DNA of 64,000 nucleotides from NCBI GenBank assembly GCA_934122385.1, contig CAKOWP010000002.1:610-64609 (forward strand), given 5' to 3'. Made by a program: the position numbers and the translations under genes. Each line of letters opens with the position of its first letter. The first letter of the stretch is position 1. Of this stretch, positions 9,167 through 16,821 are shown one piece after another. This DNA is from an uncultured Clostridia bacterium (GTDB taxonomy: Bacteria; Bacillota; Clostridia; TANB77; CAG-508). Below the pieces are notes generated by a model, which was not told the DNA's origin, did no database searches, and saw only the letters and a list, made by a program, of their open reading frames with translations.

Positions 9167-10917
9167 TTTAGATCTTTTATCTTCTGATTATAAAATTCAA
9201 TAGCATTCTTATATGTATCTTTGCTTTCTAAATCAACATTAACCATTTTAAGTAAATCAATTGATTTTTTAGAGCATCCTTGTTTAAGCATTTCAATATA
9301 CTTTTCAACAAAACCAGGTTCTTTATTCAATATTTTAGATGCAATAGCAATAGCTGAAGAAACTCCTGTAGAATATTTATATACATAAAAATCGCTATAA
9401 AAATGAGGAATTCTAGCCCATTCATATTTGATTTGTTCATCAATAACAATATCATTTCCAAAGTATTTTTGATTTAATTTATAATATATATCATTTAAAT
9501 CATCAGCTGAAAGCATAACATTATTTTCAATTTTCTCATGAACAATTTTTTCAAATTCAGCAAACATAGCTTGTCTAAAAAATGTAGCTCTTATATTTTC
9601 TAATAATTCATATAGTAGCTCTGCCTTTTTCTTATTATCCTTTTCATTTTTTATTTGATAATCACTTAATAATATTTCATTAACAGTTGATGCTACTTCT
9701 GCAACCATTATTGTATAATCAGCATTTATAACATTTTGTTCTCTATTTGAATAATATGAATGCATACTATGTCCTAATTCATGTGCTATAGTACTTACAT
9801 CTCTTTTACTATTTACAAAGTTAGTTAACACATATGGATGTACTCCATATACTCCCATACTATATGCTCCACCTCTTTTATTTGGCTTTGCATATACATC
9901 TATCCATCTATTATCAAAAGCTTCTTTTAGCTTGTTTGTATATTCTTCTCCTAATATTTGTAATGCATTTAATACTTCTTGTTTTGCATCTTCAAATATT
10001 ATTTCGTCTTTTCCCTGTTCACATGGATTTACATATAAATCATACATATGCATTTCATCTAAATTAAGCATTTTCTTTTTTAATTTTATGAATTCATAAT
10101 TTACTTTCATATCTCCATTAACCGCTTCTATTAAGCTTTCATATACTTTAAGACTTGCATCATCATGTTCAACAGCTTCCTCTAAACTTGAATTGTACTT
10201 TCTTAACTTTGCAGTTGTAGCTTTTGCTTTTACATTTGAAATATACATTTCTGTAATTGTATTTATAAACTCACTGTATTTTTTGTACATTAAGTCAAAA
10301 GCTTGTTTTCTTACATTTCTATCTTTATTTTTTAGGAATAATGTATATGTACTATCTGTCATTTCTACTTCTTTACCATTTTCATCTATTAAAGTACCAA
10401 ATTTAAACTCTGCATTTGTTAGTGTATCAAATGTATTTTCTGGAGCTGATATTATTTCTGAAAAGTTAGCAAGTATATTTTCCTCTTCTTTACTTAGTAC
10501 ATGTTTTTTCTCATTAAGTATATCCTTGATATCTCTTTCATATCCTTTTAATCTTTCTTCTTTGATATACTCTTTTATTGTGTTTTCATCTGCATATGTT
10601 ATTTCTGGTGTCATAAATGATGTTGCAACACTAAATTCTGTTCCTAATGTTTCAACTTCCTTAAATATTTTTATACCTTCTTGGTTTGACATATCTAAAT
10701 GATATTTTAGCATTCCATATGCATATACTTTTTCAAATTTTTCTAGTGCTTGTTCATATAGTTTATAACAATTATATAAATTATCTGATGTGTTACATAG
10801 TACCCCTTGATATTCTTTTATTTTTTCTAAAATACTTATTATCTCGTTTTTTTCTTTTTTGAATTGTTCTTCGTTTTCGAAGATATCTTGTAAGTTCCAG
10901 TTGTATTTTTCTTCCAT
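9139..10917 (-). CDS. pepF: Oligoendopeptidase F (M3B family)
   Basis: HELGHSMHS zinc motif, length and overall architecture. Start set at MEEKYNW (AAAGGA 8 nt upstream). Confidence 0.9.
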   Translation of the reverse strand: MEEKYNWNLQDIFENEEQFKKEKNEIISILEKIKEYQGVLCNTSDNLYNCYKLYEQALEKFEKVYAYGMLKYHLDMSNQEGIKIFKEVETLGTEFSVATSFMTPEITYADENTIKEYIKEERLKGYERDIKDILNEKKHVLSKEEENILANFSEIISAPENTFDTLTNAEFKFGTLIDENGKEVEMTDSTYTLFLKNKDRNVRKQAFDLMYKKYSEFINTITEMYISNVKAKATTAKLRKYNSSLEEAVEHDDASLKVYESLIEAVNGDMKVNYEFIKLKKKMLNLDEMHMYDLYVNPCEQGKDEIIFEDAKQEVLNALQILGEEYTNKLKEAFDNRWIDVYAKPNKRGGAYSMGVYGVHPYVLTNFVNSKRDVSTIAHELGHSMHSYYSNREQNVINADYTIMVAEVASTVNEILLSDYQIKNEKDNKKKAELLYELLENIRATFFRQAMFAEFEKIVHEKIENNVMLSADDLNDIYYKLNQKYFGNDIVIDEQIKYEWARIPHFYSDFYVYKYSTGVSSAIAIASKILNKEPGFVEKYIEMLKQGCSKKSIDLLKMVNVDLESKDTYKNAIEFYNQKIKDLKCLIGDGSV

Positions 10918-10995
10918 TTTTATCATCCTTTCTTTTGCATTTTATGTTTAAATTGTATCACATTATTAATTTGTTTGCTAGATTTATTTTATAAA

Positions 10996-11478
10996 TTATT
11001 CTTTTCCTTCTAATAAAACATTTCTCATTTTTATTATGTTATAAAAAGGTATACTGAATCCCTGTTCCGCTAATCCAACTACCCTAAGAGATGTGACAAT
11101 AACATTCTTTTGTTCTTTAGTAGGTATTTTTACATCCATATTTGAATTCATATATTTATTTTCTATATATTTTTCTGTAGTAGGAAATATATTTTGAATT
11201 AAGAATACCGCTTTTTTTCCTAAAACTTCACCAAAAACAAAATTATATACCGGATTTTTAGGATATTTTTGTTTTTTATTTTCATATATCTTTTTATACT
11301 TTTCATACTTTGTAGAAATTGGAACAAACCATATTATTTCTTTATATTTTCTATCTTTAAAACAAAAATAGCAAGGTCTTTTATTTCCATTTTCTTTGTT
11401 TACCATTAAACCATATTCTTTAAAAACATCAAAAAATTCATCCTTTATAAAATAAAATTTTCCATCTTCTATTACCAT
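10996..11478 (-). CDS. ToxN/AbiQ/CptN-like type III toxin (endoribonuclease) candidate
   Basis: 160 aa. The N-terminus KFYFIKDEFF and the segment IWFVPISTK resemble ToxN/AbiQ. It is preceded by AGGAGGA, a terminator and tandem repeats. Confidence 0.7.
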   Translation of the reverse strand: MVIEDGKFYFIKDEFFDVFKEYGLMVNKENGNKRPCYFCFKDRKYKEIIWFVPISTKYEKYKKIYENKKQKYPKNPVYNFVFGEVLGKKAVFLIQNIFPTTEKYIENKYMNSNMDVKIPTKEQKNVIVTSLRVVGLAEQGFSIPFYNIIKMRNVLLEGKE

Positions 11479-11496
11479 AATATTTTGTCTCCTCCT

Positions 11497-11529
11497 ATAA
11501 AAATATGGGATCTATGATTATAGACCCCA
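11497..11529 (-). terminator. Intrinsic terminator between the repeat array and the toxin ORF
   Basis: The minus strand reads TGGGGTCTAT-aatc-ATAGATCCCA followed by TATTTTTAT. Confidence 0.65.
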
Positions 11530-11641
11530 CATTTAACTATAATTAACATTTTTTCACCTGCACATTTATATCTCGCAAGCAGGGTTGCGGCTCACATTTT
11601 CTCACCTATAAATTTATATTTCGCAAATAGGGTTGCGGTTA
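11530..11641 (-). ncRNA. Candidate type III antitoxin RNA: 2 full 48-nt direct repeats plus a partial third
   Basis: Units 11594-11641 and 11546-11593 are 39/48 identical, and 11530-11545 is a partial unit. Each unit starts AAAATGT on the minus strand and carries CGCAA-N6-TTGCG. Confidence 0.7.
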
Positions 11642-11649
11642 ACATTTTA

Positions 11650-11658
11650 ATTATAGCA
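11650..11658 (-). promoter_or_regulatory. Extended -10 promoter element TGcTATAAT driving the repeat array
   Basis: Minus-strand TGCTATAAT lies immediately upstream of the first repeat. The -35 is weak. Confidence 0.5.
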
Positions 11659-11879
11659 GATATTAAATATCTACTACTAGTATATTCATTATAACCTTTT
11701 TTATTTCAAAATGTCAATAGTTTTTCAGAAAAAATAATAAAATTTTACCTAAAGCGTCCATTTGTGTTTTTTATTATCTATTTAAAATATTAATTTTATA
11801 ATTTTTAAATTATCACAACAAAATAAATTCTAATTTCATATAATATATAAATGTCGAATGAAAGGAGGTTTTGTAAATT

Positions 11880-12458
11880 TTGGAATTAGAACATAAAAAA
11901 ATAGGATTTGTTTTAACAGGTTCATTCTGTACTTTTAGTAAAACAATTCCTAAAATAAAAGAATTAGTTAAAATGGGTGCTGAGGTTATTCCAATTATGT
12001 CTTATAATGCTTATAACTTAGATACTAAATTTGGAAAAGCCGAAGATTTTATAAATGAAATTGAAGAAATTACAAACAAAAAGATTATTCATACTATACA
12101 AGAAGCGGAACCAATTGGACCTAAACACTTAACTGATATTATGGTAGTTGCTCCTTGTTCTGGCAATACAATGTCTAAACTTGCAAATGATATTATTGAT
12201 ACTCCTGCTACTATGGCTGTTAAATCTCATTTAAGAAATAATTTACCTGTTGTTATTGCCGCTTCTACTAATAATGCTTTAAGTGGTAATGCTTCTAATA
12301 TTGGTACTTTACTTAATAGGAAAAATTATTATTTCGTTCCTTTTAGACAAGATAATCCTATTACTAAGCCACGTTCTGTTGTTTTTGATTTTGATTATCT
12401 TATAAAAACTATTGAGGCTGCTTTGGATGGAAAACAGATTCAGCCTATACTACTATAA
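11880..12458 (+). CDS. dpaB: Dipicolinate synthase subunit B (SpoVFB-type flavoprotein)
   Basis: Matches as recalled SpoVFB along its length: IGFVLTGSFCTF, AEPIGPK, VAPCSGNTMSKLAN, YFVPFRQDNP and QIQPIL. TTG start after AAAGGAGG. Confidence 0.8.
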   Translation: MELEHKKIGFVLTGSFCTFSKTIPKIKELVKMGAEVIPIMSYNAYNLDTKFGKAEDFINEIEEITNKKIIHTIQEAEPIGPKHLTDIMVVAPCSGNTMSKLANDIIDTPATMAVKSHLRNNLPVVIAASTNNALSGNASNIGTLLNRKNYYFVPFRQDNPITKPRSVVFDFDYLIKTIEAALDGKQIQPILL

Positions 12459-12460
12459 AA

Positions 12461-12489
12461 GCACATCTATTTATAGATGTGCTCTTTTA
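12461..12489. terminator. Bidirectional intrinsic terminator
   Basis: AGCACATCTA-ttta-TAGATGTGCT followed by CTTTTATTT. Confidence 0.75.
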
Positions 12490-12490
12490 T

Positions 12491-14459
12491 TTAATCTTTG
12501 CCTAATATATATGGATCTGTCTCTGTTCCAGAGCCACCTGCTATATATACTCCATCATTCATTGTAACAACTGGACGGATGCCCAAACAATCATTCTTTT
12601 CATAGTCAATACTACCTTCTTTAGTCACACAATGCTCACCGTGGTTGCCAGCTAGAACCACTTGGGTCAGCAAGCCAATAATATGTCCCTATGTTTCTTA
12701 TCCTCTTATCAGTTATTTTTCTTGCTTCAGTAGCATCCATTATGTGTATATCACTTATATATCCTTTTTTATCTAAATTTTTATCTTTATAGATACTCCA
12801 ATCTCTTGGTTGGTATGTACTATAACCTGTATATCTCTTTCCACTTGATAATATATATGTTACTCTTCTATTGTCCCAATCTTTTGTAAAATAATATACA
12901 AAATTCTCTGGACTTCCTGCATGTGTTATTTTTGTTACATATGTTTTTCCATTTTCTTCTTTACTTTCTAATATTTGCCATCCTGAATATTTTGGTGTTC
13001 CATATCCGCTTTGTGGTGTTACACTTTGGTTTCTACTTGTGATTATATTTCCACTTGCTATATCACTCGCATTTGTTGTATCTCCTTCATATGTAAATCC
13101 TCCAAATGTAAAGTTTAGTCCTGCTGTATTACTTGCTGTCTTTGATTTATTTATATTATATAAACTCTTACTTTGCAATGCTTGTATTTCTTCTCGTGTC
13201 CAGTTTCCTGCATCATATTGCACAAATGCACCTTGTATAAAATATTGATTTACTGTTATTTCCTTATCTTCACTTATTGTCTTGCCGTTATATGTTCCGC
13301 TTACTTTAAATGTATAATTTCCATTTGTCGTTACTTGATATGGTACTTCCTTTGAATTATCTATTTTTAAAACAACTTTGCAACTGTTTCCTTCTAACGT
13401 TGCTATTATATTTATATACAATGGAGTGCCTCTTTCTATTGTATTTGCTTTTTCTGAATTTGTAGCAGTTGAGCTGTTACTTTTGCCTACTGCTATAGCT
13501 GTATATTGTATTTCTAATTTTTTTGTTGTTACCGTTATATTTATATCTCCTGTAACTTTTTCTATTTTAATTTTTCCTGTATTAATATCAACCACATTAT
13601 TTCCAGATGTAGTTACTGTTTGGCCTCCCATTGTAACAGTTAATCCTGTTATTGCATAATTTCCTTCTGTTGATACTGTTGCCTCATATGTTTTGTTATA
13701 TGCTGCTTTTGTTACATTATTATCTATTACTGCATTTTCTGCTAATGTTTTTGTTACATTATAATAATAATCATCTATTTTTATAATTTTTTCTGTTTTA
13801 TTTCCGTCTCCTGTTGTTATAACAAATTTATATTCTTTTCCAAGCTCTACTATATAATCAATTCCTACTGGATCTTTTCTGCTTTGCATTATTAGTGACT
13901 TTTCACTTGGATCTGGGTAATCTACCTGATTTATTCCATTAACCTTATCTGTTATTTCTATCAGTATCTGTACTTTTCCATTTTCTATTTTTTTAGTTTT
14001 ATATTCAAATTCTAATGTACTTACATTATATTCTGTTTTGCTTATTTCTAAGTTTTGATTAATTAAAAACTTTCCTGTAACATCGCTTTTTTTCATTCTA
14101 ACTAATTTTCCGTCTATCGATTCATCTTCTTTTATAGTTGGACTATAATCACTTGAAACTACTGTATTTATCCAGTCTTGTGTTACATCATCTAAACTCG
14201 CATTTTCTTTTTTGTCTAATTGCAATTCATTTAATGCTAGTGTTAATTGTTCCTGCATTTCTGATTGCACATGTGCTTTTTTTGCTTGCTTTACTCTCGC
14301 AAATAAACCATTTTCTCCACCTAATGTTGCTATTGCTATTCCTGATAATATTAATAAAATAACAATAGTTACTACTAACGATACCAATGTTATTCCAACA
14401 TCAGCTTTTCGATTTTTTATTGCGTAACTTTTTTTCATTTGTTTTCTCCTTTTTTTCAT
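12491..14459 (-). pseudogene. Large pilin-like (class III signal peptide-like) surface protein, frameshifted near its 3' end
   Basis: N-terminus KADVG-ITLVSLVVTIVILLILSG is prepilin-like. Ig-like beta-rich repeats follow. The reading frame breaks at about 12636-12673 and the C-terminal 60 aa (LGIRPVV...DPYIL) continue in another frame. Confidence 0.6.
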
Positions 14460-14470
14460 TTGTTTTCTCC
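14429..14470 (-). repeat. Perfect 21-bp tandem duplication containing SD plus ATG
   Basis: GGAGAAAACAAATGAAAAAAA occurs twice on the minus strand, in frame (7 codons). Confidence 0.9.
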
Positions 14471-14484
14471 TTTTTTTATTTTTA

Positions 14485-14550
14485 TACTCCAAATGGAGTA
14501 TAAAAGAATAATACACCATATGGGGTAAAAAGTCAACACCAAATGGAGTA
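14485..14550. promoter_or_regulatory. Three copies of the palindromic operator-like motif ACWCCAWATGGRGTA
   Basis: TACTCCAAATGGAGTA (14485-14500), ACACCATATGGGGTA (14512-14526) and CACCAAATGGAGTA (14537-14550). They lie in the divergent intergenic region next to the XRE gene. Confidence 0.45.
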
Positions 14551-14580
14551 TTTTATATAATAATGTAAGGAGTGAGAAAA

Positions 14581-14799
14581 ATGTTGAGATTAAAGGATTT
14601 AAGAGAAGATTATGAACTAACACAAGCTGAATGTGCCAAAATTGGTTATATATCTAAAAATTCATACATTAGATATGAAAAAGAAGAAAGAATCATACCA
14701 TTAGATACCCTAATTTACTATGCAAAATATTATAATACTTCATTAGATTATTTAGCAGGACTAACAAACATATCAAAACCATATCAAAGAAAAAAGTAA
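14581..14799 (+). CDS. XRE-family helix-turn-helix transcriptional regulator
   Basis: LTQAECAKIGYISKNSYIRYEKEER is a Cro/C1-type HTH. AAGGAG lies 8 nt upstream of the ATG at 14581. Confidence 0.85.
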   Translation: MLRLKDLREDYELTQAECAKIGYISKNSYIRYEKEERIIPLDTLIYYAKYYNTSLDYLAGLTNISKPYQRKK

Positions 14800-14807
14800 A
14801 AAAATAG

Positions 14808-14850
14808 AAACACGAATTTCTCTATTGAAAAATCGTGTTTTTATTTTTTT
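14808..14850 (+). terminator. Intrinsic terminator
   Basis: AAACACGA...TCGTGTTT stem followed by TTATTTTTTT. Confidence 0.65.
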
Positions 14851-14897
14851 ACTTTCGACAAAATACAACAAATTTGTGAGACAAATTCAGACTGTCC

Positions 14898-16616
14898 CTA
14901 CTGTCCCAAAATTTCTTTTAATTCTTCATTTCTTTTAACCTTCTTAGTAGTAGTCTTAATAAGTTCCTTATCAGTCAAAATCATATTCATAATATGTTTA
15001 TATCTAGGAACGGTAGTATTAACCTCATTCTTAATTTTATTCCAAATAATATCTCTAATCTCATCAAAAGAAATATCACCATATTTTTGTTTTACTTCAT
15101 CTTTATTATAAACAACCTTAACAGAAAGTTTAACATCATTTTTATCAACTTCGTCAGGCATTCCAAATACCATACATTCTTCTATTAAATCAATTCTGTT
15201 AACCAAAGTTTCAATTTCCTCTGGGAAGATTTTTTTACCATTTTTAAGAACTATCATATTCTTTTGTCTACCTGTTATAAAAATAAAGCCATCTTTATCA
15301 ATATAACCTAAATCTCCAGTATAGAACCAACCATCTTTAAGTACTTTATTTGTTTCTTCTTCGTTTTCATAGTAACCAAGCATTACATTAGGTCCTTTTG
15401 CACGTAGTTCACCTATCCCATTATCGTCTTTATTTACAACTTCAACAGTCACATTTTCCATTGGAACTCCTATTGAACCTGTTCTTGATTTGTACATATT
15501 TTCTGCTGCAATAACTGGTGATGTTTCTGTTAAACCATATCCTTGTGCTACATTTATTCCTAAATCTATAAATCCTTTTTGTATTTTAGGGTCTAATGGT
15601 GCTCCACCTGAAATTACAAATCTCATTTTTCCGCCTAATTGGTCAATTAACTGTTTGAATAATTTTCTTCTAATATCTATATGGAATTTTAATAAGAAGT
15701 TACTAACTCTTATAGCATTTTTTATAAGTTTTGTTTTTCCCTGTTTATCAATTTCTTTTACCACTTTATTGTAGATTGCTTCTACCAATAGTGGTACACC
15801 AACAAATACAGATACTTCATATTCTTTTAAGTTTTGTGCCACATATCTTAATCCATCTGGAAATGATGTCCTAGCACCACATGCTAACATAACGATTAGA
15901 CATGTTGAACCAAATATATGGTGCATTGGTAAAAATGCTAAATTTGAGTCTGTGCTTCTAATGTCTTCAACTCTTTGCATTGCATATACATTTGATGCAA
16001 TATTTTTTTGTGATAGCATTACAGCTTTTGATTTTGATGTTGTTCCAGATGTGAATAACAAAATATTCATTGCATTTTCATCTATTTTTGCAGATATATA
16101 TTCTTTGTTTCCTTCTTCTAGTAATTTTTGTCCTTCCTCTTTTAATGTATTTATATCATTATATCCTGCTAGTTTTGACATACAAATATATTCTTTTACA
16201 TTTGTATTGTTTCTGTTTTTTATTTCTTCTATTTTTTCTATGTATTTTTCGTCAAAATATATTGCATCTGCTTTACTTCTCATTAATGAGCTTTCTAGTT
16301 CATCTATTTGTAAATCTTTGTCTAATGGAATTGATACTATTCCACCTAATAAACTTGTTAAGTGTCCTAGTGCCCATTCATATCTATTTCGCCCCAAAAT
16401 GGCTATTCTTTTATTTTTAAATCCCATACTGTATAATTTAGTGCCTAAAGCATTTATTTGTTCTAAAAGCATTTTATAAGTTATATTTTCGTATGTTTTA
16501 GTTTTTCCTTCTTGGCGTTTTACTATAAATGCTATATTGTTTGCATATGTTTTGGCTGAGTTGTATATTAGTTCTTTTATGTCCTTAACTTCTTGGACTA
16601 TTTTTTCTTTTTTCAT
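14898..16616 (-). CDS. AMP-dependent synthetase/ligase (long-chain acyl-CoA synthetase-like)
   Basis: AMP-binding motifs LLFTSGTTSKSKAV, GYGLTETS, YTGDLGYIDKDGFIFITGR and KNGKKIFPEEIE. Confidence 0.85.
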   Translation of the reverse strand: MKKEKIVQEVKDIKELIYNSAKTYANNIAFIVKRQEGKTKTYENITYKMLLEQINALGTKLYSMGFKNKRIAILGRNRYEWALGHLTSLLGGIVSIPLDKDLQIDELESSLMRSKADAIYFDEKYIEKIEEIKNRNNTNVKEYICMSKLAGYNDINTLKEEGQKLLEEGNKEYISAKIDENAMNILLFTSGTTSKSKAVMLSQKNIASNVYAMQRVEDIRSTDSNLAFLPMHHIFGSTCLIVMLACGARTSFPDGLRYVAQNLKEYEVSVFVGVPLLVEAIYNKVVKEIDKQGKTKLIKNAIRVSNFLLKFHIDIRRKLFKQLIDQLGGKMRFVISGGAPLDPKIQKGFIDLGINVAQGYGLTETSPVIAAENMYKSRTGSIGVPMENVTVEVVNKDDNGIGELRAKGPNVMLGYYENEEETNKVLKDGWFYTGDLGYIDKDGFIFITGRQKNMIVLKNGKKIFPEEIETLVNRIDLIEECMVFGMPDEVDKNDVKLSVKVVYNKDEVKQKYGDISFDEIRDIIWNKIKNEVNTTVPRYKHIMNMILTDKELIKTTTKKVKRNEELKEILGQ

Positions 16617-16821
16617 TTTTATTTTCCTTTCTTAAAATACGAAATCTGTCAAAATTATTTTTAACAGATTAGTCTAGTCTTGTTAGCAGTTGAATTAAAT
16701 AACAATTGCTTTTACAATAATACACTATTTTTTAAAATTTGTCACTAGTCTTGGTGGTCAGTTGTTACAGTTCAGTTATTATTTTTAAATTTCTGCATAT
16801 TCATTAAAGAGGTGAATTTAT

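Noticed and set aside
11530-11641. The tandem repeats considered as a mini-CRISPR array.
   Set aside because: The repeats are directly contiguous 48-nt units with no spacers, and no cas genes are present. The promoter-repeats-terminator-ORF layout fits a type III antitoxin instead.
12491-12673. The 60-aa ORF considered as an independent gene.
   Set aside because: It has no RBS, overlaps the end of the 627-aa ORF, and looks like the displaced C-terminus of that protein after a frameshift.
12491-14799. The pilin-like gene plus XRE regulator considered as a prophage remnant.
   Set aside because: No integrase, capsid, terminase or lysis genes are adjacent. Only a regulator and a surface protein are present.
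14871-14910. GGGACAGTAGGGACAGTCTGAATTTGTCTC at the 3' end of the acyl-CoA ligase gene considered as another member of the GGGGACG hairpin family.
   Set aside because: It shares only the GGGAC core, lacks a clear stem, and has a different loop sequence. Any relationship is too weak to assert.
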